A DNA stretch of 35,874 bases, from positions 1-35,874 of the IMG/VR virus record IMGVR_UViG_3300020043_001818; one strand, written 5' to 3'. The stretch comes from a virus. Its lineage: Duplodnaviria > Caudoviricetes. Of the stretch, positions 8,492 to 15,854 are shown piece by piece (position 1 is the stretch's first letter; every line of letters starts with the position of its first letter). Made by a program: the position numbers and the translations under genes. Below the pieces are notes generated by a model. It had not been told where the DNA came from. It saw only the letters and a list, made by a program, of their open reading frames with translations, and did no database searches.

Positions 8492-9841
8492 CTATATTCT
8501 TCCGCTAGGTTTTGGGGCTGAAGTCTTCCACAACTCGTTTAGTGTGGTTTCATTCTTACCAACTACAATACCCCTGATAGAGTTGTCTTTAGGAGTGGTT
8601 TTATCTTCTTCTTTCCATGCTATCGAAAGCATACGAAATGCATCTGCACCATGAGAAGTGAAGTCGTGTTTGGGTTTATCTCGAAACACTTTCTTGTCCT
8701 CATCGTATTCACGCTGATACTGCCGTAAGCACTCTATACCTTCTTGACATCGTTCCGCATTAAACCAACTTCGCATAAGTGCAAGTCTAGTGGCTTGAAT
8801 ACCGTCTTGAAGCGATAAGCTTGGGACTATTTTAAGCGAAGTCAATGGTATTTTGCTAGCTATTTGTTCAATAATTGATTTACCGCCTGAAGCTAAGGTT
8901 TTTGCTCTGGCATCGTGTGGCAAATAATGTGTTCCGTATTTATAGCCAAACTCGTTCTGTTTGGACTGGATTAGGTCTGTGTAATAGCTAACCTGATGTC
9001 CGTTGCTTGAGTGGTAGTCCAATACCCTGATTTCACCGTAAATGACCTGAAACCACCAAATGGCAGTATCGTCACTGTACCCCAAGTCCCATGCAGTATT
9101 CGTGCTAAAGAGTGGGTCAGCTTCAACCTTGGTAATACGGCCAGCATCAGTTAGGACTCGCATTTCTTTACCGTAGTAAGCGCCCATAATGGCAGCTTCA
9201 AAGCTACATTCAAACTCTTGCTCGTACTGGTCAGGTGACATAGAAGCTTGAGCGTCATCTAGCTCAGACTGTGGCAATAGACCTGTTTGGCTAGCTCTTA
9301 GCGTCTTAGCAAACCAGCGAGGGTCTTTTGTAGCGTTTTCATAAACATCATAAAAGGCATTGTGGCCTTTAGGTGTACCAATAAACACAGCCCAGCCCAT
9401 ACGGTCAGCAAGCAAAGGGCGAATAATCTCTCCCCACATTCGTGGTCGCATATCTGCGTACTCATCAAGTACCACTCCATCGAGATACAAACCCCTGAGA
9501 GCATCAGGATTATCAGCACCGTAAAGCTTGATTTTTGCCCCATTGACTAGCTCCACCCATAGTTCAGATTGATTGGCCTTTGCCATGACTGGCTTGGCGT
9601 ACCGTTGTAAGTAATCCCAAGCAATGTTCTTAGCTTGTGAATAGTAAGGTGCTACATAGGCGTATTGGCCATGTTCTTTGTCTTCGGTCAATGCCCTGAA
9701 AATAAGGTCGTTAATGCAAGATACGGTCTTTCCGCAGCGTCTATGCGCTACAACAACAGCCCATCGCTGAGTTCTGTCGTGAAAGTCTTGAAATACATCC
9801 CTTGGAGCGTACTCCAGCTCAATGTCTAAGACTTCTTCCAT
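8492..9841 (-). CDS. terL: Terminase large subunit
   Basis: Walker A HRRCGKT, Walker B VVLDE, GTPKG motif, nuclease motifs WDLG and HGADAFR. Confidence 0.95.
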   Translation of the reverse strand: MEEVLDIELEYAPRDVFQDFHDRTQRWAVVVAHRRCGKTVSCINDLIFRALTEDKEHGQYAYVAPYYSQAKNIAWDYLQRYAKPVMAKANQSELWVELVNGAKIKLYGADNPDALRGLYLDGVVLDEYADMRPRMWGEIIRPLLADRMGWAVFIGTPKGHNAFYDVYENATKDPRWFAKTLRASQTGLLPQSELDDAQASMSPDQYEQEFECSFEAAIMGAYYGKEMRVLTDAGRITKVEADPLFSTNTAWDLGYSDDTAIWWFQVIYGEIRVLDYHSSNGHQVSYYTDLIQSKQNEFGYKYGTHYLPHDARAKTLASGGKSIIEQIASKIPLTSLKIVPSLSLQDGIQATRLALMRSWFNAERCQEGIECLRQYQREYDEDKKVFRDKPKHDFTSHGADAFRMLSIAWKEEDKTTPKDNSIRGIVVGKNETTLNELWKTSAPKPSGRI

Positions 9842-10149
9842 GAAACCTGTATTTTGACTGGAGCTTTTTCGTCACCAACTAGTTCTTGGCGAGCTAGCTT
9901 GGGTACATGGTACTCAACAACGGATTGAAGCATCGCAAATGCTTTTTCTGGATTAGGGGGTACAAGCCATTTGCCTGTTTCTTCGTCTTGAACGCCTGTA
10001 GCGACTTGTTCAAGCCACCCTTGCATCTTGTCTGTGTTGCCATCAACAAAGCGAGCTATGGCTTCTCTAGCAACGCTAGTGGACTTATTTGGGCTACCAG
10101 CTGGTCTACCAGCACCCTTAATATTTCCTGATTGTTTATTAGCTGACAT
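9826..10149 (-). CDS. terS: Terminase small subunit (putative)
   Basis: GRPAGSPNK N-terminal motif; overlaps the terL start. Confidence 0.7.
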   Translation of the reverse strand: MSANKQSGNIKGAGRPAGSPNKSTSVAREAIARFVDGNTDKMQGWLEQVATGVQDEETGKWLVPPNPEKAFAMLQSVVEYHVPKLARQELVGDEKAPVKIQVSWKKS

Positions 10150-10178
10150 ACTCCGTACCTAAGTGTTTAGATAGATTA

Positions 10179-10207
10179 AGTATAACCAAATTATTATTTA
10201 TTTACAA
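10179..10207 (-). promoter_or_regulatory. Sigma70-type promoter upstream of terS
   Basis: TTGTAA-17 nt-TATACT on the minus strand in an AT-rich gap. Confidence 0.6.
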
Positions 10208-11164
10208 TTACTTAAGTTTTTCAGGGTTAAATATTTGATATGTAATACCTTCAGAATCTTTTAACTTTACTCCGTCATATCCTTTTTGCAAAAGCTCATT
10301 AACAGAATATTTATCTATTTCATCCCATCCACCAAGTTTCATGCTTTTTTCATCAAGCATTTTCTTAATAACTGCACCTTTACCTGTTGCAGCTACTTCA
10401 CCAATATTAGGGTTGCTTGTGAACCAAATTGTTCCATCAGCAGATTTAGTTACATCAAATCCTGATTTATTAATAGCTTTAGCTGATTCTGGTGAAGTTC
10501 CATGATAAATAGGAGTTAAAGATTGTTCATCAAAAGCTTTTAATAATTGTTCTTGCCTTGTTACTTTAACAGGTGAACGATACATACCTTCAGATATTGA
10601 ATAATCTTTATTTTTACCTTTGTTTTCAACAAATCCTAATTCTTTATAAAAATCTTTTAACCTGTTTTTTGAAGTAGCCCCATAAACAGTATCAGGTGTC
10701 AAAGCTATTGTTTTTCCTTCTGCATCGGCAAATTTAGCCAAATTATTCATGGCTTCTGTTCCTAACCCCATACCTCTTTGTTCTTTAGGAACTGCTATTT
10801 TAGAAAGTATTAAATTATTAGGATTATTCTTAGATTGGTAAATATCTAATTCAATACCTTTTTTGATAATAGGATTTACTACATCTTCTAACTTGGTCAT
10901 GCCTACTGGAGCTACACTTAATGGCCCTTCAAATAGGTTCATAGCTGCTTGATTAGCAGCCTGTGGGTCACGAATTAGCGTATTTCCTGTTGGGTCAAAT
11001 GCTTTATTCATCAAAGCGCTTTGTCTTTGACCAGCTTCAGTTATTGCTTGGCCAGCTTTTTGTGGGGCTTGCTCTATGTATTCACCAACTTCTCCACCTT
11101 TGCGGAGTAAGCCAGCCATAGCTTGTTTCCAAGCTTCAGGGTCAATTATGCGCCCAAATTCCAT
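10208..11164 (-). CDS. Multi-domain protein: N-terminal leader + GNAT acetyltransferase + ADP-ribosyltransferase-like domain
   Basis: GNAT motifs VPKEQRGMGLGT and LKDFYKELGF; ART-like motifs IYHGT...GFD...IWFT...GYDGV. Confidence 0.7.
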   Translation of the reverse strand: MEFGRIIDPEAWKQAMAGLLRKGGEVGEYIEQAPQKAGQAITEAGQRQSALMNKAFDPTGNTLIRDPQAANQAAMNLFEGPLSVAPVGMTKLEDVVNPIIKKGIELDIYQSKNNPNNLILSKIAVPKEQRGMGLGTEAMNNLAKFADAEGKTIALTPDTVYGATSKNRLKDFYKELGFVENKGKNKDYSISEGMYRSPVKVTRQEQLLKAFDEQSLTPIYHGTSPESAKAINKSGFDVTKSADGTIWFTSNPNIGEVAATGKGAVIKKMLDEKSMKLGGWDEIDKYSVNELLQKGYDGVKLKDSEGITYQIFNPEKLK

Positions 11165-11166
11165 AA

Positions 11167-11325
11167 TTAGAAGGGGTCTTTACGAATTTTGTTAAATTCT
11201 TTGTTCAACATCTCTTTGCGAGCTACTCGTTTAGCTTCTTGCTCGTCAAGAGTGTTTTTGTAGCCTTTTGGGGCTACCATAGAAAAATCTAATTTTTTTG
11301 GTTCAGATTGTGATTTAGTTTTCAT
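11167..11325 (-). CDS. Hypothetical protein (52 aa)
   Basis: MKTKSQSEPKKLDF...KIRKDPF. ATGA overlap with the upstream gene; fills the gap exactly. Confidence 0.6.
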   Translation of the reverse strand: MKTKSQSEPKKLDFSMVAPKGYKNTLDEQEAKRVARKEMLNKEFNKIRKDPF

Positions 11326-11507
11326 TCTCTTTCCCCTAAAAAGCGACCATAAGCTTCTTCTAACTTAGCTTTACGGCTACCTTTTGCGTTGTCACGCTCT
11401 ACATTTAGAGCAATAGCAACAGCTTGTTTCTTTGGTTTGCCAGCTTTCATCTCGGCTTTGATGTTTTTACCGACTGATTGTGCGCTACCTGATTTATCTA
11501 AAGGCAT
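11322..11507 (-). CDS. Small basic phage protein
   Basis: MPLDKSGS...NIKAEMKAGKPKKQAVAIAL, a pattern common upstream of phage packaging genes. Confidence 0.75.
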   Translation of the reverse strand: MPLDKSGSAQSVGKNIKAEMKAGKPKKQAVAIALNVERDNAKGSRKAKLEEAYGRFLGERE

Positions 11508-11509
11508 GA

Positions 11510-11866
11510 TTACCCCAAAAATTTAAGTTTGTAAGTGGTGGAATTGATTAAATCAGCGATTTCGTCAATGATATTCTGTAATTCTGAATCTTGTGGCAAG
11601 TCTTGGCGAGCATCAGCTACAAAGCGTTGCAATGATTCAAAATATTTAACTGGGTCTTTTGGTGAATGGTAAACATCAGGATATTGCTCCACAATTCCGT
11701 ATTTACCTTGGTAGCTTTCAACTAAACCGTCTACCAAATCAACAATAGCTGGGTAATATTCGCCCAAAGCCATGTGCTGGGAGAATGATTTAGTTTTTAA
11801 GTGCATCAAATGTGCATTGGTAGCGCTATGCAAAAGCGTTATTGTAAAAAGGGCGCACTCTTTCAT
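11510..11866 (-). CDS. Ferritin/Dps-like four-helix protein (DUF5856-like)
   Basis: AHLMHLKTKSFSQHMALGEYY...DGLVESYQG...ELQNIIDEI...YKL. ATG at 11866 with GGAG. Confidence 0.7.
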   Translation of the reverse strand: MKECALFTITLLHSATNAHLMHLKTKSFSQHMALGEYYPAIVDLVDGLVESYQGKYGIVEQYPDVYHSPKDPVKYFESLQRFVADARQDLPQDSELQNIIDEIADLINSTTYKLKFLG

Positions 11867-11930
11867 AGCATCTCCAAAAAAGTCCCCCAGAGGGTAGGGG
11901 GATAAAATCACTCTCAATGTTGCGTTTTCA

Positions 11931-12092
11931 TTATCGCCTATTTCTTAGCTCAAAACAACTAGCACATAACCATTTTTGATTCAAGCCGTTATTAAATTTC
12001 CAATATTGACCAAATTCTTTAGGCTTTCTGTTTTTACAGCCTTCGCATACTCGTAAAGTTCTATCGTTAGGTTTCTTCGTGTGGTCGTACAT
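11931..12092 (-). CDS. Small zinc-finger protein (53 aa)
   Basis: MYDHTKKPNDRTLRVCEGC...WLCASCFELRNRR, two CxxC motifs. Confidence 0.6.
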   Translation of the reverse strand: MYDHTKKPNDRTLRVCEGCKNRKPKEFGQYWKFNNGLNQKWLCASCFELRNRR

Positions 12093-12441
12093 CTTCCAAT
12101 TCTTCTATCATGACTAGGCAGCCACCGCCTTTGCGGATTTCACCTCGTTGTATCAATAAAACATCAATTTGCTCATCGTTATCAAATACCCCAGCATCAG
12201 CCAAAGCATCCCAAAGCGCCTTAATTCGATTATCTATGTCTTGCTTGCGCCTATCCCTTGGATATAGGGTAACTTGCATTTGTAGGCGCTTTTCGCCCAT
12301 TTTAGGCACATTGTGTTCAACGACATAGTCTTGAACCTTTAATTTAAACTCAACACCAGCTTTGGAAACAAATCTGCGGTGGCCATGTGTACCCCAGTAA
12401 TGATTAACTGAGGGCGGTAGGGGTAGGTTAAGCACTAACAA
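12067..12441 (-). CDS. rusA: RusA-family Holliday junction resolvase
   Basis: LPLPPSVNHYW and DRRKQDIDNRIKALWDAL...DDEQI-like motifs. Confidence 0.9.
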   Translation of the reverse strand: MLVLNLPLPPSVNHYWGTHGHRRFVSKAGVEFKLKVQDYVVEHNVPKMGEKRLQMQVTLYPRDRRKQDIDNRIKALWDALADAGVFDNDEQIDVLLIQRGEIRKGGGCLVMIEELEDVRPHEET

Positions 12442-12706
12442 GTAGGTTCTCCGTCATTTCAAGCAAATCTTCTTGTCCAATTTGATAATGTTTTTCAAAC
12501 CCTTTTGCTCCAAGACCATGAACACCTGTATTTCCTCGGTGGTGTTCAACACAGAGTCCGATAACTGGTGCATTAGCTCTTTTACCGCCAAAGCGTCTAA
12601 TGTGGTGGATTTCCACTCCGCTGTCGTATCGGTTGCCCAAGTGACGGCATAAGATACAGCCGAGTCTTGCAACTCGGTCATAGTGGGCTTTTTCACTTTT
12701 GGTCAT
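12428..12706 (-). CDS. Ref/DUF968-like HNH-type Zn-binding nuclease
   Basis: GCILC...EIHH...LCVEHHRG...GVH. Confidence 0.7.
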   Translation of the reverse strand: MTKSEKAHYDRVARLGCILCRHLGNRYDSGVEIHHIRRFGGKRANAPVIGLCVEHHRGNTGVHGLGAKGFEKHYQIGQEDLLEMTENLLVSA

Positions 12707-12914
12707 GGGCCATCTGCTGTGCAATATCTTCCAACTGCTGGCTTAAGTCCACCAAGGTAATGCTTAAATCGTAGGCATCATCCCATTGTTTTTTAAGGGT
12801 AGCTTCTTCGTAAGCTTTAACTGTGCGTTTTAGTTCCAGCAAAGTTTCAGCAAAATCAATGTAAGCTGGGTTTTTAACTGCAAAGTTGATAGCTTTGTTA
12901 AGAGTGTTGTTCAT
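12693..12914 (-). CDS. Hypothetical protein
   Basis: 73-aa helical ORF in a tightly packed operon. Confidence 0.65.
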   Translation of the reverse strand: MNNTLNKAINFAVKNPAYIDFAETLLELKRTVKAYEEATLKKQWDDAYDLSITLVDLSQQLEDIAQQMAHDQK

Positions 12915-12915
12915 T

Positions 12916-13248
12916 TTAATTCCTTATCATTTTGTCAAATTGTCGTTCATTGGCTTGTTGGGTGCGCCATGTTTCCCACCTTAATTCAGCACATTTGATG
13001 TGCAATTTAAGCATTTCTACCTCGTGAGTAGCAATACCTATGGCCTTACAGTGCTGCTTGTATTGTGGACTTGAATAAGCTTCACGCTCTTGTGCAGCAA
13101 TAGTATTTTCGTTGCTTGCTTTCATCAAATCCGCTTTTATTGAGCTTTTAGCGTTTTCTAGGTCAGCCAATATTGCTTTTGCTTTGGCAAATTCAGGCGC
13201 TTTTTCAAAAATAAAGTCGATACAGGCGTTTGGGTCAATATCTTTCAT
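12916..13248 (-). CDS. Conserved phage coiled-coil protein
   Basis: 110 aa with AAQEREAY and WRTQQANER motifs. Confidence 0.75.
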   Translation of the reverse strand: MKDIDPNACIDFIFEKAPEFAKAKAILADLENAKSSIKADLMKASNENTIAAQEREAYSSPQYKQHCKAIGIATHEVEMLKLHIKCAELRWETWRTQQANERQFDKMIRN

Positions 13249-13559
13249 TTGATTCCATGCCTTTCTTCTATTGCTCTAGCAAATCTGTATGTTGCGCGCC
13301 CATCAAAAGGGCATTGGTCATCATAAGGAAGGGTACTCCAAATTTCATATATTTCCTCATCACTTAATGGCTTTGTTTGTGGATTTGCAATCAATATGTC
13401 ATAACCACTATCTTTAAAACCAACATACTTTCTCATACTATCTAATTCAGCTACTAGTCTGCGAATCATGTCAGATGCTTCTTGTTTGCTAATAATTCTA
13501 TTTGGTTGCCAACATTTGTCTGATAATTCATCAGCTAACTTTAATGCTTCAAATTTCAT
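13245..13559 (-). CDS. Hypothetical protein
   Basis: ATGA overlaps at both ends; KPLSDEEI...FARAIE motif. Confidence 0.7.
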   Translation of the reverse strand: MKFEALKLADELSDKCWQPNRIISKQEASDMIRRLVAELDSMRKYVGFKDSGYDILIANPQTKPLSDEEIYEIWSTLPYDDQCPFDGRATYRFARAIEERHGIK

Positions 13560-13768
13560 CGCCAATCTCCCTTTTTTCCTCGGTTACCTTTTGCCCACTG
13601 CTCGGCAATGTCTGTTCTGAGTTTTGCAATTCTTGAACTAAATCCATGAGTTTCCAAATATCTTTGAAATCTTTGCAAACCCCACTCTTGCCGCCATTTG
13701 ATAAGTTGCCTGACTTCGCATTGGTGTCTGTAGGTTTCATTATTTTTTTCATCAAATAAATCATTCAT
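13556..13768 (-). CDS. Hypothetical protein
   Basis: 70 aa, RHQCEVR...QWAKGNRG, coupled to both neighbours. Confidence 0.7.
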   Translation of the reverse strand: MNDLFDEKNNETYRHQCEVRQLIKWRQEWGLQRFQRYLETHGFSSRIAKLRTDIAEQWAKGNRGKKGDWR

Positions 13769-14307
13769 ATTGCAATCGTTACATTTTCTTTTGGCAAAAT
13801 CATCCCAAATTCATTTGTAAACAAACTGTTAGTTTGAAATCTGTAAATATTAACAACCCTTTTGCTTGTTTCTTTCCATGTATTTTTGTGGCTAATACCT
13901 TTTCTTTCACCTACCTTTATCCAACCCATTCTTGACCAAAAAAAATTACTAGGAAGGTCATTAGCACATCCACAAGCAAAATCTTCAATTCCACGCAAGT
14001 TGCCATGAGATATAGCTGCCGATAACAAAGCCTGTCCACGCTCAATAAGCCTAGCATCTTCTTGTATGCATATTTGATTACATTTTGAAGGGTTGCCATA
14101 AGAAAACATTACAAAACCAACAAGGTCGCCATTTTCCTCACAAACAAACAATTTATCATTGCAAGTGTTTGACCATCGTTTGCCACCTTTAAAGCCAGTA
14201 ATTGCTGCTTCATAAGCTGATTTTGGAATAAAACCTAAGCAAAAAGATTCTTTTTTTGATAAAGAAACAATGTATGAAATATCCTCTAATTTAGCTAAAC
14301 GAATCAA
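13765..14307 (-). CDS. GNAT-family acetyltransferase
   Basis: IRLAKLEDI start, LFVCEENGDLVGF, ARLIERGQALL, SNFFWSRMGW. TTG start overlaps the upstream TGA. Confidence 0.75.
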   Translation of the reverse strand: MIRLAKLEDISYIVSLSKKESFCLGFIPKSAYEAAITGFKGGKRWSNTCNDKLFVCEENGDLVGFVMFSYGNPSKCNQICIQEDARLIERGQALLSAAISHGNLRGIEDFACGCANDLPSNFFWSRMGWIKVGERKGISHKNTWKETSKRVVNIYRFQTNSLFTNEFGMILPKENVTIAI

Positions 14308-14453
14308 AATGGAGCATCCTCATAAACAATTTTTGGTTGCTTGACTCTAGTAAAAGTCCAGCCAGCTCGTAGTTCAGTAATGTGTTTGGCTTCCCAAAGA
14401 CTGCTGACAATACGCATTTTGTCGTTGTTTTCGTCATAAATGTGATATTTCAT
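14304..14453 (-). CDS. Hypothetical protein (49 aa)
   Basis: MKYHIYDENNDKMRIV...YEDAPF. ATGA overlap with the rep stop. Confidence 0.65.
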   Translation of the reverse strand: MKYHIYDENNDKMRIVSSLWEAKHITELRAGWTFTRVKQPKIVYEDAPF

Positions 14454-15169
14454 TGCATGGCCTTTTTAGCCATTACCAACAGGCATTTATCTTTAAGTTC
14501 TTTGTAGGTTAGCCCCATACTGTGTACCCCAAGCTCGGAAGCTTTGGCCACAATACCAGCATCTGAGAACATCCATTGTTTGTCGTTATTAGTTTGAGTT
14601 GGTTGGTCTTTAACCCAATCAGCCTTAAACCCACGCCACCCTCTGGCGCAACACATTTCCAAAGCAGCTTCTAAGGTTATGTTGGCTTTTTTAGCTTCGT
14701 TGGCTATTCCAGTTATTGCGGTTTTAGTCAAAGGTGCTTTTAGTGATTTGCGTAGCTTTTTAAAATCTTCAAAAACTAAAGGTGAAACACCTTCAGGTGT
14801 ATCTGTCTCTGTCTCTTTCTCTGTCTCTACTCTACTCTGTCTCTTCTCTGTAGTAGCATCTTGCAAGCACTCTGCTAGCATATTGCTATCTTCAATAAAA
14901 AAGCCATTATCAATCAAAGGTTTAATGCCAGATATAACCTCTTTTTCGGTCATTCTTAGCCTAAACGCTATTTCTTCTGGTGTCCTGTGGATAACTCCAT
15001 CATGTGATTCACTTGCTAGCAACCAAAGCATAGGTGCAAGCGCTTTGCTAGCAACAGGCAAGCGTTGATATGCCATGTCATCAAGCAAATTTTTGTGGAG
15101 TTTTATCCAAGGGGGAGAACGGTGTTTGTAATGCTGAAAATTGTCCCAGTTCTTAGGAATCAGTTTCAT
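14450..15169 (-). CDS. Replication initiator (lambda O/replisome-organiser-like)
   Basis: N-terminal NWDNFQHYK...WIKL domain, ETEKETE linker, C-terminal RGWRGFKADW domain. Lies downstream of cro and contains iterons. Confidence 0.75.
   Translation of the reverse strand: MKLIPKNWDNFQHYKHRSPPWIKLHKNLLDDMAYQRLPVASKALAPMLWLLASESHDGVIHRTPEEIAFRLRMTEKEVISGIKPLIDNGFFIEDSNMLAECLQDATTEKRQSRVETEKETETDTPEGVSPLVFEDFKKLRKSLKAPLTKTAITGIANEAKKANITLEAALEMCCARGWRGFKADWVKDQPTQTNNDKQWMFSDAGIVAKASELGVHSMGLTYKELKDKCLLVMAKKAMQ
14803..14886. repeat. Putative origin: three tandem 11-bp iterons plus a strand-biased CTGTCTCT tract
   Basis: tagcatcttgc/aagcactctgc/tagcatattgc at 14854-14886; CTGTCTCT at 14803, 14809, 14821 and 14837. 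Confidence 0.6.
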
Positions 15170-15182
15170 AAAAGCCTTAAAT

Positions 15183-15286
15183 AAAAAAAGCCCTAGACTG
15201 CAATCTCACCTTTTTTAAGGGTGTTGGTGGACTAGTTGGCACTAGCAGATTGCAGACTGGGGCTTGCCAATAAATATCTCCACCAA
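15183..15286 (-). ncRNA. Candidate structured leader / C4-like antisense RNA upstream of rep
   Basis: A 19-bp stem (15188-15206/15247-15265, 2 mismatches) encloses two hairpins and is followed by a U-tract. Its unpaired segments are complementary to two upstream sites. Confidence 0.6.
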
Positions 15287-15297
15287 GAGATAATTTC

Positions 15298-15306
15298 ATC
15301 ATACCA
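15298..15306 (-). promoter_or_regulatory. Possible extended -10 promoter for the rep leader
   Basis: TG-G-TATGAT right after the cro stop codon. Confidence 0.45.
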
Positions 15307-15308
15307 AA

Positions 15309-15536
15309 TTATTCCAACTCTGGCCAAATAAATTTGTAAACCTTTGGAAACATATTTTTTCTGCTCATCAGACCATAGCTTTTCTTTTCCAACTCAGCAC
15401 CTAAAAACACCATTTTGTCGTATGGAATACCTTTAGATTTCCACTGAGCAACGGCTGGAGCTGTTACTTTGCATAGCTTGGCTACCTGAGTAGTGCCACC
15501 CAATAAGTCTACAATTTGTGAGTCAGTTAATTTCAT
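15309..15536 (-). CDS. Cro-like HTH transcriptional regulator
   Basis: 75 aa, LLGGTTQVAKLCKVTAPAVAQWK..GIP...IWPEL; first gene of the leftward operon. Confidence 0.85.
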   Translation of the reverse strand: MKLTDSQIVDLLGGTTQVAKLCKVTAPAVAQWKSKGIPYDKMVFLGAELEKKSYGLMSRKNMFPKVYKFIWPELE

Positions 15537-15546
15537 AATTAAGCGT

Positions 15547-15574
15547 AGTATAGCGTGAAAAATATATTTTGCAA
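15547..15574 (-). promoter_or_regulatory. Leftward early promoter (near-leaderless cro mRNA)
   Basis: TTGCAA-16 nt-TATACT ending 10 nt before the ATG at 15536; no Shine-Dalgarno. Confidence 0.6.
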
Positions 15575-15580
15575 AGGGTA

Positions 15581-15642
15581 TTGACATTGTTATTTAGTGG
15601 GCTTAATATTTAATTACTGCAATGTCGCAGTGAGAACAGGAG
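15581..15642 (+). promoter_or_regulatory. Rightward early promoter + leader hairpin + RBS (copy 1)
   Basis: TTGACA-17 nt-TAATAT, then ACTGC-N6-GCAGT hairpin, then AGGAG. Confidence 0.8.
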
Positions 15643-15647
15643 TAAAT

Positions 15648-15854
15648 ATGACGCAAGAAGAATTCGTTGCAATGCAACAGCAAGAAGAACGCTTAGACCA
15701 AGCCTTAGAGCGCATGGAAGCTGGTGATTTCTTATCTGATGATGATGTTTCCATCATTCGTTGGGCTTGCGGTAAACCTTCCAAACCTAAATCTAAACTA
15801 GCCCCTCTGTTTGAGGATTGGGCTTCTATTTTTCGTAACCAAGGAGTAATTTAA
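15648..15854 (+). CDS. Hypothetical early protein (68 aa)
   Basis: ATG at 15648 after AGGAG; MTQEEFVAMQQQEERL. Confidence 0.75.
   Translation: MTQEEFVAMQQQEERLDQALERMEAGDFLSDDDVSIIRWACGKPSKPKSKLAPLFEDWASIFRNQGVI

Noticed and set aside
258-10131. Many plus-strand ORFs of 60-153 aa opposite the structural genes
   Set aside because: Antisense shadows of long minus-strand genes, with no RBS or recognisable motifs
10158-10167. ACTTAGG-like motif shared by late leaders (also near 34565-34572)
   Set aside because: Too short, and too few copies, to distinguish from chance
12748-12755. Extra TCCACCAA matches (also 19384-19391) as distal targets of the rep-leader RNA
   Set aside because: An 8-mer is expected about once by chance in this genome, and neither match has the partner site beside it
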